64,000 nucleotides of DNA. Origin: Nanobdellota archaeon (GTDB lineage: Archaea; Nanobdellota; Nanobdellia; Woesearchaeales; JAHIVG01). The stretch covers positions 51,698 through 115,697 of the forward strand of contig JAZDHH010000007.1 of NCBI GenBank assembly GCA_043806015.1, written 5' to 3'. The first letter of the stretch is position 1; each line of letters opens with the position of its first letter. This document shows, in pieces, positions 1 through 8,906 of the stretch. A program made the translations under genes and the position numbers. A model generated the notes under the pieces. The model ran no database searches, was not told the DNA's origin, and was given only the letters and a program-made list of their open reading frames with translations.

Positions 1-43
1 GCCCTGAAAAAGAGGCCTTGAAAACAAATAAAACCGAGGTGGA

Positions 44-535
44 ATGATGGTTCTCACTGAAAATGATGTGCTGGTTCTTCATAATTGGGAAAAAATGCGC
101 CAGATTGGCTATATCAAGAGATGGTTGGAACAACAGACGGTAAGAAGGGAAGTCCAAGAGGAAAATCGGGTTTTCAAATTTTATGATAGATGGAACAAGG
201 ATGTCCAGGAAAAGCACAATCTGAAGGATGCGGTTAAGGATTTCCTCCATTTGGTTGGGGAGGATAACAAGTTCCTTGATGATTGGGAGGAGCTCTGCAA
301 ATTCCAGCATCACATTATCCACGCGGCGGCTGCCATTGAAGGACGCGCGGCGGTTATGCTCCTTGAAGACGCAAAAAAACACAATTTGCCTTTGAAAATG
401 GTGAGGGACGAGCAAATACCGCTTAATAATCAGCTTGAACGAGTAAGGGAGGATATGAGAATTGATAGTCTGATGAGCAACACGACGGGGCATATGATTG
501 CCGAGGCTAGAAGACAAATTCAAGAGATAAAGTGA
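44..535 (+). CDS. hypothetical protein, low-GC and compositionally atypical
   Basis: 163-aa ORF with about 42% GC and AT-rich third positions, unlike neighbouring GC3-rich genes. No recognisable motif. First gene of a tight three-gene cluster with 10-nt and 1-nt spacers. Confidence 0.4.
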   Translation: MMVLTENDVLVLHNWEKMRQIGYIKRWLEQQTVRREVQEENRVFKFYDRWNKDVQEKHNLKDAVKDFLHLVGEDNKFLDDWEELCKFQHHIIHAAAAIEGRAAVMLLEDAKKHNLPLKMVRDEQIPLNNQLERVREDMRIDSLMSNTTGHMIAEARRQIQEIK

Positions 536-545
536 GAGGTAACCC

Positions 546-938
546 ATGCTCCAGACCAAGGATTGGATAAGCTTATTGATCGGCGCGGCGCTGACGCTGC
601 TCGGCCTGCTGCCTCTCCTGAAGAAGATCGGGATGGGGCCGCCTTTCTTCGAGCTGAAGTTCCTGCCGGTCGAGATCTTCAGCTTCATCGTGGCCATCGC
701 GGGAGCCTACCTGGTCATCAACTCGATCACCGAGATCGTGCAGAGCAACCCGATCGGCAAGATATCCTTTGTTGTCGCCCTGGTCTTTTTCATCATCGGG
801 ATGCTGCAGGTCCTGTTCAGCTTTAGCATCGGCCCGGACTGGTTCGCCCTGAAGTTCATCAGCCACACCATCTATTACATCATATTCATGGTGGAGGGAA
901 TCTTCCTGATGATCGCCATGTTCGCCATGGAGCTATGA
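546..938 (+). CDS. small polytopic membrane protein (hypothetical)
   Basis: 130 aa and almost entirely hydrophobic (LLIGAALTLLGLLPLL, FIVAIAGAYLVINS, VVALVFFIIGMLQVLF). GC3-rich codon usage. The strongly Arg-rich overlapping frames (563..826, 573..866) are GC artifacts. Confidence 0.45.
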   Translation: MLQTKDWISLLIGAALTLLGLLPLLKKIGMGPPFFELKFLPVEIFSFIVAIAGAYLVINSITEIVQSNPIGKISFVVALVFFIIGMLQVLFSFSIGPDWFALKFISHTIYYIIFMVEGIFLMIAMFAMEL

Positions 939-939
939 G

Positions 940-1995
940 ATGGGCCTCCACCCGGCCAAGAGATACAAGTGGTCGCTCTTCGGCATGGGGATGTACTTCT
1001 ATTTTGTCCGGCAGCGCATCTGGGACCTCAGGGACAAGAGCATCGACGCCGTGGAGCTGCACAGCAAGGTCGAGGACCTGGTCCGGAGGCTGCGCGCTGC
1101 GACCGAAGGGATGCGATCAGAGGCCAAGCCTTCTCCCCAGGTAACCCTGCAACCTAAAGAAACCAAGGCTCAAAAGGTTCCTGCTAAGCCTGAATCCAGG
1201 CATAATGACGTCGAAAGCCTTTCCCAGACCATCGCCACGACCGTAGGCCACCTCGCCGCCATCTACCTGAAAGAGGTCAAGGACAGCGAACACATTGATT
1301 TCGCCGCTGACCGCATGTTCTATCTCACCAAGGAAGGCTTGAAAGCCGGCCAACAGAAGACCAGAGAAGCATTCGAGCGGCTGGCGACCGATGCCAAGAA
1401 GAAGGTTGATGGGAAATACAAGGGCAAGAAGTCAAAGGATGCTGAAAGGCTCAAGCAAGAGGAGAAACGGAAGATTACCGATGCCAAGGACCGGGCGATC
1501 GAGGACGTCAACAAGCATTGGGAAAAGTTGAGAAAAGCTTTGTCCCAAGCGTTGCGAAATCTCTGGAACGTCTCAAAAGCGCAATACCAATCCTGGACAA
1601 TGCTCGAGTTGAAGGAACGGCTCCATTCTGACTCTGTCGAGGCCATCCTGACAAGGATCAAGGTGAAGGGCCGCGCGGTTAATATAGAAGCCAAGCAAGC
1701 GAAGGACCTTATGCACGGCATCGAGCATGCCAAGGACTTTGATGAGCTCAAGAGGGAGATCTTCGGCCTCATGCGTGTCATCCATGAGGAGATCGAGAAC
1801 GCCCTCGTCTTCGACGAGAACGTCAAGGTGCTGCTCTTCCGCATCAAGAATAGCCTGGGCGAGCTCGAGCAGCTGGAGAGGGTCAACCCCAAAATAAAGC
1901 AGCGCTTGGAGGGAGTCCATCGTGACATCATCCGCATTCTTGACGTGATCCAGGCGCAGAAGCAGATGCTCTTCCACGAAGCTGAAGCTGCGTAA
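940..1995 (+). CDS. K/E-rich coiled-coil protein (hypothetical)
   Basis: 351 aa with heptad-like charged repeats. The ATG sits 1 nt after the upstream stop (tgagATGg). No catalytic motif. Confidence 0.4.
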   Translation: MGLHPAKRYKWSLFGMGMYFYFVRQRIWDLRDKSIDAVELHSKVEDLVRRLRAATEGMRSEAKPSPQVTLQPKETKAQKVPAKPESRHNDVESLSQTIATTVGHLAAIYLKEVKDSEHIDFAADRMFYLTKEGLKAGQQKTREAFERLATDAKKKVDGKYKGKKSKDAERLKQEEKRKITDAKDRAIEDVNKHWEKLRKALSQALRNLWNVSKAQYQSWTMLELKERLHSDSVEAILTRIKVKGRAVNIEAKQAKDLMHGIEHAKDFDELKREIFGLMRVIHEEIENALVFDENVKVLLFRIKNSLGELEQLERVNPKIKQRLEGVHRDIIRILDVIQAQKQMLFHEAEAA

Positions 1996-2032
1996 AACAC
2001 AAACTATTTAAAAAGGCCTTGCGACTGATTTC

Positions 2033-2749
2033 TTGCAAAGAGGTGATTCCATGCTCAAGATCGACAAGTTCCCCAAGGCGCCGACCATCATCGTGGGCTT
2101 CCCAGGCTTCGGCCTTGTCGGCACCATCTGCACCGAGTTCCTGCTCGAGCACCTGAAGACCGAGCAGATCGGCAAGATCTGGTATGATGACCTGCCTGCG
2201 GTCGTCGCGGTGCACAAGGAGAAGCTCATCGACCCCATAGGAATCTTCTACAACGCCTCCTACAACATCGTCATCGTGCACGCCATCACCGGCGCCAAGG
2301 GCGTCGAATGGAAGATCGCCCATGACATGGCGAAGATCGTCGAGAAGATGAAGGCCAAGGAGATCATCGTGCTTGAGGGCATCGGCTCCCAGAGCGAGGA
2401 GGGCCATGACGCCTTCTTCTTCACCAATGACCATCACCGGGAAAGGCTGGTCAAGGCTGGGCTCAAGCCTCTGGAGAACGGCATCATCATCGGCCTCGCC
2501 GGCGCCCTGCTGCTGGACGTGGAGGCTCCTTTGACCTGCATCTTCGCTGAGACGCATTCCGAGCTGCCGGACAGCAAGGCGGCAGCCAAGATCCTCGAGG
2601 CGGTGGATCGCTATCTCAACCTCAAGGTGGATACCCAGCCGCTCATCGAGTTGGCGGCAAAGTTCGAGGACAAGCTGAAAGGCCTCATGACCCAAAGCCA
2701 GGCCGCGCAGGACCAGCGTGAGAAGAAGCTGATGAGCTACGTAGGCTGA
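2033..2749 (+). CDS. PAC2-family (proteasome assembly chaperone-like) protein
   Basis: The N-terminus IIVGFPGFGLVGTICTEFL matches the archaeal PAC2/DUF75 signature (GFPG.GLVG). Length of about 240 aa is typical of the family. Confidence 0.55.
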   Translation: MQRGDSMLKIDKFPKAPTIIVGFPGFGLVGTICTEFLLEHLKTEQIGKIWYDDLPAVVAVHKEKLIDPIGIFYNASYNIVIVHAITGAKGVEWKIAHDMAKIVEKMKAKEIIVLEGIGSQSEEGHDAFFFTNDHHRERLVKAGLKPLENGIIIGLAGALLLDVEAPLTCIFAETHSELPDSKAAAKILEAVDRYLNLKVDTQPLIELAAKFEDKLKGLMTQSQAAQDQREKKLMSYVG

Positions 2750-3449
2750 ACAGCCAGCGCTGGGATAAGTATTCTGACTGCCCGGTTCTGAGCATGCGTA
2801 TCCGGATATTCTGCCCTCGGCACGATGAAAAGCCGCTCCCCGGTCTCACTTCTGGAATAGACGATCCAGTCCTCTGGCTCGACATCATGCGCTGCCAGGA
2901 CATGCTGGTAACAAAGGGAGAATGCTCGGTAATCGCCCCGTTCTTCCGGCGGAATCCTCCCTGAAGGGGCGAGAGCGTCAATGCCGCCCTCGCAGAGCCG
3001 TGCGTCAAGGTATTCCGCTTTTCCTGACACGGAAAACGTATTCATCCATTGCGGGTAGTGAGAACGGCTTAATAAACATTCTCATAGGGAAATCGTCTTC
3101 ACGGCCTTCTTGTCAAGCAATTTCTTCAGCTCACTTTCTCCCTCGATCATCCGCTTCTTTCGGCTTTTCAGGGGGGTGAGGGAGTAGGAGTGGTAAGTCC
3201 CCTTGGCTGCGCTTAAGGAGCAAGCCCAGTTTTGATTGCATGATCCCCGCTCTTGTAGCCATAGAGGAGGAACTGCCAGTTCTCCAGGATTATTCTTGTC
3301 TCCTTTGAGCCTGTCTTCGAGACAGTTACAGCGTCGCTGGCCACCATGCCTGACTACCCCCTTTTTCTGGTGCCTAAAGGTGTTTGATCATTCTTCCTGC
3401 GAGAAAGGAGAACAAAATAGTTATGGTTGTGCTGTCAGAGCCATCTAAT

Positions 3450-4371
3450 ACTCACTTTCTTGCTTATGACATTTTGATACCGCAGATAAGGAATTAGTTA
3501 CAATATAGTAATTTAACAATGATTATATTATTGAAAAGATACTTCCCAAAAGATTTATATGTTTACATATGATAGATATACTAGTTTAAAGACATATAAT
3601 AATAAAGAGATATTTTGAATAATATAATATAAAATTTAATAAATTCTCAAATATTTCAAGAAACAATTTTTTAGACGTAAAATAAATTTAAGATATAAAA
3701 AAATACAAAAATAGGATATTTATTTTAGAAAAAAGTGAGAATATTAATACATTATCTAGCATTAATTGAACCTCAAAAAAGATTGAAGTTTGATTTCATC
3801 AGTGTTTTCTTATATCAAATTCGTCGAATAATAGAAAATTTCCGCGATTACCCTAAGGGATAGAAATTGTGCGAAGATGACCAAAAAAAATGGTTTCTCA
3901 AAATTAATTTATACCAATAAATATGCATAAATAAATACTTTTTACCGTCGATTCTTAGGTCAATACTTAGGAAAGATCCAATGCTGAAATGATGAAAAAT
4001 CCCTTTGATTATCCAATGTCGGCATAATGCTTACTAGATCATGCAAACTTATCATTTCCTGCGACTTTTGCCATATTTCACGTCGTGAAGGTGGCCTAAT
4101 GGCGCGGAACCCCTCAAACTTCCTTGTCGATATTATCTACGCCTATTCGCATATAATGTCGACCTGTCAAGGATCATGTCAAAATCTCCCATTATTTTGA
4201 GTCTGGAAGATTCGGCATCATGTCGAACAATCTTTAAACTCATTTCCGAGCCAGAAAATCGTTGAAGAGAGGTAAAAAAAGTGTTCACTAAGGGTTTCAA
4301 TCAAAAAAAGGTGGGCAATGCGGGCAATTGTAGATGAATTGACAATAAAATGTAAGAAAAAAGCAAAATTT
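3450..4371. other. AT-rich non-coding island (downstream flank of the wHTH gene) with recurring GTCGR-plus-AT motifs
   Basis: About 900 nt at roughly 25-30% GC in a roughly 60% GC genome. Recurrent motifs: cgtcgaataat, cgtcgattctt, atgtcggcataatgc, tgtcgatattatc, atgtcgacctgtcaagg, catgtcgaacaatc. Confidence 0.6.
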
Positions 4372-4875
4372 TCAAGCCGCTGGTTCAGGGTTTGCCTTGT
4401 TCTCTTTTTGGGTTTGGCTGATCTTTTCGTTCTTCAGGGCCTTCTGCAGCTCATCGACAAGTTTGATCGTGGTGTCGAGGTTGTTGACAATCGCCTGCTT
4501 CGCTTTCTCAAAGGCTGATTCAAGCGTCGGCCCGTTGAGGCGGTAGCCAATCACCACCTTCTCATCGCGGCCGATATAGCTCGTCTTGGTGATGAGATTG
4601 AGGGCCTGCCATCGCCGGAGATATTCATACATGGTCTGCCTGGTGATGCCGGCGAAGTTGGCCATCTCCTCGACTGTCATGACAGCCTCTGAAGGCTTCT
4701 TCTCTCTATATGAGATCTTTGCCCGCTCGTACATTTCAATAAGGACCTTGTTCATCTTCTCTGTAGAGCCTTTCTTGCGGGGGATAAGGCCAATTCTACT
4801 GATTATGACATTCGCAAGCTCATCGGATCCTGCGCCAGGCGCAGGCTCGATTCCGGTCAGGACGATTTTTTCCAT
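4372..4875 (-). CDS. winged-helix (HTH) DNA-binding protein embedded in the AT-rich island
   Basis: 167 aa. A central HTH-like segment MTVEEMANFAGITRQTMYEYLRRWQALNLITK is followed by a beta-wing (IGRDEKVVIGYRLNG) and a C-terminal charged helix. The gene is about 48% GC and flanked on both sides by AT-rich DNA. Confidence 0.5.
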   Translation of the reverse strand: MEKIVLTGIEPAPGAGSDELANVIISRIGLIPRKKGSTEKMNKVLIEMYERAKISYREKKPSEAVMTVEEMANFAGITRQTMYEYLRRWQALNLITKTSYIGRDEKVVIGYRLNGPTLESAFEKAKQAIVNNLDTTIKLVDELQKALKNEKISQTQKENKANPEPAA

Positions 4876-5446
4876 GATACGATTTTATGGCATAACACAT
4901 TTATATATTTTTTCTTTTTATCGATTATATTCGGGAGAATAGGCTAATTTTGTCGGTAAATAGGGATAAATAATTTAAGATTTGATTAAATATTTTAATA
5001 TTATTAAGATATAATGCCGAATATTATCGATAAGATAATTAATCGTTATTTTGCCGATTAGATTAATGAATTATAACACATTCGTTATTTTATTTTAATC
5101 TAATCGGTATTCTGTAGAATGCCGAAATCTTTCGAGTTTATATCGAATTTACCTAACAGACATGTTAATTATTTTCAATATAGTATTGAATTAGGGTATT
5201 TAAATAACAAGGAAAATAAAGGTAAAAAGTGAGACTTCCCGAAGAGAGACCGGGTTTAGACCTTTGAAAAAAATATTTTTAAGAAAAAAAGTCGTTTAGG
5301 CACCAGGCAATAAAAGCGGAAAAGGATTTTTTAGTTGGAAAAGAGGATGAAAAAAAGATATGCGATGGTTAGGTAGCAGAGGGACCTTGGCGGAATCCGG
5401 ATGGAAAACACACAATAAAACCTCGCAAAGGCAAAAAATGACCTTT
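4876..5446. promoter_or_regulatory. AT-rich upstream region of the wHTH gene with iteron-like YCGR motifs and a 13-bp inverted repeat
   Basis: Repeated tatcgattat, tgtcggtaaat, atgccgaatatt, atcgataag, aatcgttatt, ttgccgattag, aatcggtatt, atgccgaaatc, tatcgaattt. A perfect inverted repeat ccgattagattaa (about 5054-5066) / ttaatctaatcgg (about 5094-5106) is separated by about 28 nt of AT-rich spacer. Confidence 0.5.
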
Positions 5447-5995
5447 TCAGTCTAAAGATTGAGCCATCTTCTTGTTCAGTCGGAGGACGTTAAGCTTCGC
5501 CTGCTTGTCGCGGAAGGAGGAATCGAGCCAGAGGTAGATACTGTCGTCCCGGACTTCTTGCATGAGCGGGATTCCCTTGCCCTGGATGTGCTGCACATGC
5601 AGTTTGAGCATGGCCACCGTCGTCGAGAGCCGGCGCGCGATCTGTGAGAGCTTGAGGTGCTTCTCCTCGTTGGCGTAGAGCATGAGCAAAAGCTGGCGCT
5701 CGCGCTCGGAGAACTCAGGCTGGACCTGCGCCTGGAGGATGTCCTGCTGCTCGAGGGCGAGCTCGATGTTGTCGATGCGGGAACGGAGCTTCTCGAGCTT
5801 CTGGTCGATCTCTGAGAGGAACTCTTCCATATGGTGGAGCTCGAAGCCGTTCTGGTTGATGGACTCACGGTGGTCATCCAGCTCTTCCTTGACTTTAGAA
5901 AACGCGCCGGCGATCTCGTCGTGCATGCGCGAAAGCTCTCTTTTCAAGTGCTGTCTCACCCCCGCAGTTTCCCTGCCGCTTGTCAATATAAGCAT
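5447..5995 (-). CDS. coiled-coil protein with a possible C-terminal HTH (hypothetical)
   Basis: 182 aa. The N-terminal two thirds are coiled-coil-like (EELDDHRESINQ..LEKLRSRIDNIELALEQQ). The C-terminus LKLSQIARRLSTTVAMLKLHVQHIQGKGIPL is HTH-like. The overlapping Ser-rich frame 5476..5877 is rejected. Confidence 0.35.
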   Translation of the reverse strand: MLILTSGRETAGVRQHLKRELSRMHDEIAGAFSKVKEELDDHRESINQNGFELHHMEEFLSEIDQKLEKLRSRIDNIELALEQQDILQAQVQPEFSERERQLLLMLYANEEKHLKLSQIARRLSTTVAMLKLHVQHIQGKGIPLMQEVRDDSIYLWLDSSFRDKQAKLNVLRLNKKMAQSLD

Positions 5996-6011
5996 TTCTG
6001 CGGCATAACAT

Positions 6012-6710
6012 ATGTTTTTGACGTTACAATATAAAGGAGGAGTTATGCGGGCGCGGCGAATAAAAAAAAATAAAAACGCTGCCGCAATATCGTCGATAAT
6101 GCGCTCACAAAAACAGCTCGCTGTCCTGCTCTCTAGGCTGAAGCCCTTCGCTCAGCCGAAGGCAAACCTCGAGCAATATCCCACAGATTCAGAAATCGCG
6201 GCCGAGCTCCTTTGGCATGCGTCCATGGCAGGTGACATCGAGGGAAAAGTCATTGCGGACCTCGGCTGCGGCACAGGGATATTGACCTGCGGCGCGCTCC
6301 TCCTCGGCGCCGAGAAAGTGTTCGCGGTCGACTGCGACAGCGCTGTTTTTCCGCTCCTCGAGGAGAACCTCGTCTTCTGCGGCCTCAACCCAAAAAAAGT
6401 AGTCGTGAGGAACGAGGACGTCGCTGCTTTTTCCGAAAAAGTGGACGCGGTCATCATGAACCCGCCCTTCGGCGTGCAGAAACAGCACGCTGACCGCGCT
6501 TTCGTCGAGAAAGCTCTTTCCATCGCCAAGGTCGCCTACAGCGTCCACAAGGCGGAGAGCGTGGATTTCCTCGGAAGGATCTCGAAAGGAAGGGTCACCG
6601 TCCTCGTGAAGAAGGCGATGCCCATCAAGGCCGCGATGGCGTTCCACGCGAAGCGTCAGCATGTGTTCGACGTGGTGCTCGTTCGCTTTTCAATGGAGGC
6701 GCATTTATAA
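6012..6710 (+). CDS. SAM-dependent RNA methyltransferase, COG2263/METTL5-like
   Basis: Motif I VIADLGCGTGIL and motif IV VIMNPPFG (NPPF is typical of N6-adenine/amino methyltransferases). Sits next to rpoL as in many archaea. The true start may be the internal MRARR. Confidence 0.7.
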   Translation: MFLTLQYKGGVMRARRIKKNKNAAAISSIMRSQKQLAVLLSRLKPFAQPKANLEQYPTDSEIAAELLWHASMAGDIEGKVIADLGCGTGILTCGALLLGAEKVFAVDCDSAVFPLLEENLVFCGLNPKKVVVRNEDVAAFSEKVDAVIMNPPFGVQKQHADRAFVEKALSIAKVAYSVHKAESVDFLGRISKGRVTVLVKKAMPIKAAMAFHAKRQHVFDVVLVRFSMEAHL

Positions 6711-6750
6711 AACAGAAAGTTTATAAAAGAAAGCCGAATCCTCAGGCAGC

Positions 6751-7026
6751 ATGAACGTCAAAATCCTCGAGGAGAAGGGCAAGCATCTCAAGCTTTCCCT
6801 GCAGCAGGTCGACAAGGGATTTCTCATCGCGCTCCAGAAGGAGCTCAACGCCGATGAGAACATCACCGAGGTCGGCGTCAATTTCGGCCACCCGCTGCTC
6901 CACCGCTACGATCTCATCGTCAACTCCAACGGCAAGGTCATGCCCAAGGACGCGGTCATGAAAGCGCTTGACCGCATCGGCAAGGTGGCGGACAAGTTCA
7001 ACACCGCATTCCAGGATATGAAATGA
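6751..7026 (+). CDS. rpoL: DNA-directed RNA polymerase subunit L (Rpo11)
   Basis: 91 aa. The N-terminus MNVKILEEKGKHLKLSL..GFLIALQKEL follows the Rpo11 pattern (KILEK..ELEGEDHTLxNxLRxEL). A HPL motif (FGHPLLH) is present. Overlaps the next gene by 4 nt. Confidence 0.6.
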   Translation: MNVKILEEKGKHLKLSLQQVDKGFLIALQKELNADENITEVGVNFGHPLLHRYDLIVNSNGKVMPKDAVMKALDRIGKVADKFNTAFQDMK

Positions 7027-7610
7027 TTGTTCTTGAAGAAGGCGCCAAGCTGCTCCTGCTCGCGAAAGAGGCTGTCAAGACAGGTTTCGACGACAGGCAG
7101 CTCAAGGTCGAACCTGCCCTCAAGGAACGCTTTTCTGAGGCCCAGGGCGTCTTCGTGACCATCCATGAGCAGGGCCAGCTCCGGGGCTGCATCGGCTTTC
7201 CCGAGCCGATCTTCCCGCTCTGGCAGGCGATCATCCGCGCTGCGAGGGCGGCTGCTTTCGACGACCCGAGGTTTCCGCCCATCGAGGAATCCGAGTACGA
7301 AGATTTAGAATTCGAGGTTTCCGTGCTGACTGTGCCACAGAAAATCGAGGTCGAGAATCCCGATGACTATCCTTCCCATATCATCATCGGCCGCGACGGC
7401 CTGATCATCAGCGTCGATGGCGCCTCCGGCCTGCTCCTGCCGCAGGTCGCGACCGAATGGCACTGGAACCCGAAGCAGTTCCTCGAGAACCTCTGCATGA
7501 AGGCCGGCGTGATGAAGGACGCCTGGCGCTCCGGCGAGGCGGAGATCCTCAAGTTCCAGGCGCAGATCTTCGGCGAGAAGGACGGCAAGGTCGTCGAGAA
7601 AAAGATTTAA
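7023..7610 (+). CDS. AMMECR1 domain protein
   Basis: Contains the AMMECR1 signature LRGCIGF with conserved flanks (GVFVTIHE..LRGCIGFPEP). Length is about 195 aa. Confidence 0.8.
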   Translation: MIVLEEGAKLLLLAKEAVKTGFDDRQLKVEPALKERFSEAQGVFVTIHEQGQLRGCIGFPEPIFPLWQAIIRAARAAAFDDPRFPPIEESEYEDLEFEVSVLTVPQKIEVENPDDYPSHIIIGRDGLIISVDGASGLLLPQVATEWHWNPKQFLENLCMKAGVMKDAWRSGEAEILKFQAQIFGEKDGKVVEKKI

Positions 7611-8827
7611 CGGAGAAGGCCGCCGTTGCCCGTATTGACAACCAAGATTCTTGATGAGTGTGACAAGTTGAAGTTCTTCTTAAACTTGCTTGAAAAAGCT
7701 ACAAGGCCAGCTGATCCGCTGATTTCTGAGGAGATGCCTGCCTCTCGGGCAAGGTGATTGGCGCTGATAAAATCTGCGTCCTTTGCCTTGATGAATTGGA
7801 CCTTTTTCCACCAGTCCGTGAAGGGGGACGGAAGAAGATGGCCAAGGTCAAAATGGGGTGTCCCCAGGGCTTTCGCTTTTGTTCTCTTGATTTGTTGAAA
7901 GCCGAATTGCATACCGGGAGCAAATCGCTCCATTTCTGGAGACACAGGTGCCTGCGACGAAAGGGGATGGGCACCGTCCGGCACGACGCCGCAGAGAGTC
8001 TTGGCTTTAACGCATCGATGCAATCCATAAAGGAGTTCCCCGCTTCCGCAGGGGCTGGTGACCAGGTCATAGGTATCCGGGATTTCCAGAACATCGCGAT
8101 AGAGGACAGTCTCTTGGAAATTCGCTTCGGGAAGAGTGGCGAAATGGGGGGCATAAATTAAGAATTGATAAAAATCGGTGACATTACAGTTGGTTTGGAA
8201 CTCGAAATTCATCCGAGCCTTGTCCGAGTAGATTGCTGCGCATTCTTCCCGAGAGAATATGAGTCTAAATAGGGGGAATTCTGTTGGGTGCCTTTGCCTG
8301 AAGTCCACTTTTATTAAACGCACCGGGGAAGATTTGAAGGCATTATTTTCCCGGAAGCCTTTGTCGACGAGAATGACGAGCTCCTGGGAACCACCGGTAT
8401 CCTTCAGGGCCCGAATCATAGCCATAGCGTAATTGCCCGCGGATATTAAGATGAATCTCCTCGGCTCAACGAGGTAGGGCAATGACAGAATTTTCCTGGC
8501 TTTCACATATTTATGTGTCCCTGAAGGCGTCGTGGAAAAGTCAAGAACATCGACAAGACATCCCATTTTTTCCGAAAGAACAGGGGAATGGTACCGGGTC
8601 ACTCCCCAGGGGAGGGTTTGTAGGTGGTTTTGACCCCTGAGAATCTCCTCGAGCCTTTGCATTTCATCGGGCAACGTGGCCGGAGATAGACCGTAACGAC
8701 GACAAAAAGCGTGGTCAGAACAAAAGGCATGCATATTGGCCCTAAAAGTTTCTGGGGTGATTTTTCCTTGAATAAAATCATTCACAAACGGGATTCTTTT
8801 GAATTCTTTTATCTGGGAGTAGTCCAC
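7607..8827 (-). CDS. divergent PLP-dependent fold-type-II (TrpB/CysK/ThrC-like) enzyme, low-GC
   Basis: TTPSGTHKYVKARKI resembles the PLP-lysine motif (PTGSFKDRGA). ISAGNYAMAMIRAL resembles SSGNTG.A. GSGELLYGL is a Gly-rich phosphate loop and the C-terminus has VVNTGNG. There is an N-terminal extension of about 100 aa. The gene is about 48% GC against roughly 62% in its neighbours. Confidence 0.4.
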   Translation of the reverse strand: MDYSQIKEFKRIPFVNDFIQGKITPETFRANMHAFCSDHAFCRRYGLSPATLPDEMQRLEEILRGQNHLQTLPWGVTRYHSPVLSEKMGCLVDVLDFSTTPSGTHKYVKARKILSLPYLVEPRRFILISAGNYAMAMIRALKDTGGSQELVILVDKGFRENNAFKSSPVRLIKVDFRQRHPTEFPLFRLIFSREECAAIYSDKARMNFEFQTNCNVTDFYQFLIYAPHFATLPEANFQETVLYRDVLEIPDTYDLVTSPCGSGELLYGLHRCVKAKTLCGVVPDGAHPLSSQAPVSPEMERFAPGMQFGFQQIKRTKAKALGTPHFDLGHLLPSPFTDWWKKVQFIKAKDADFISANHLAREAGISSEISGSAGLVAFSSKFKKNFNLSHSSRILVVNTGNGGLLR

Positions 8828-8906
8828 AGGGGATTCGTCAGAATGAAGATATTAAAAAGTTCCGGTTCAGAAGGCACTCCATGTTTTCGGTGGGAAAAAG
8901 ATTTAA

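Noticed and set aside
563-826. Arg/Pro/Gly-rich ORFs in alternative frames or on the opposite strand of real genes (e.g. 563..826, 573..866, 12985..13392, 13489..13815, 26034..26522, 27725..28297, 36468..37085, 33367..33699)
   Set aside because: Typical open alternative frames of GC-rich DNA. Their composition (runs of R, P, G, A, S) is not protein-like and each lies wholly inside a well-supported gene.
2750-3450. A 700-nt GC-rich gap after the PAC2-like gene containing several short overlapping ORFs (2737..3045, 2922..3179, 3236..3448)
   Set aside because: No ORF has a motif, a consistent start or protein-like composition. An open minus-strand frame lacking a start codon suggests at most a decayed pseudogene. 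It is not reportable as a feature.
3450-5446. Canonical Orc1/Cdc6-type archaeal replication origin
   Set aside because: No ORB/mini-ORB (TCCA..GGAAA-type) elements and no cdc6/orc1 gene adjacent. The repeats present are different short CG-cored motifs, so only a non-canonical or plasmid-type origin remains possible.
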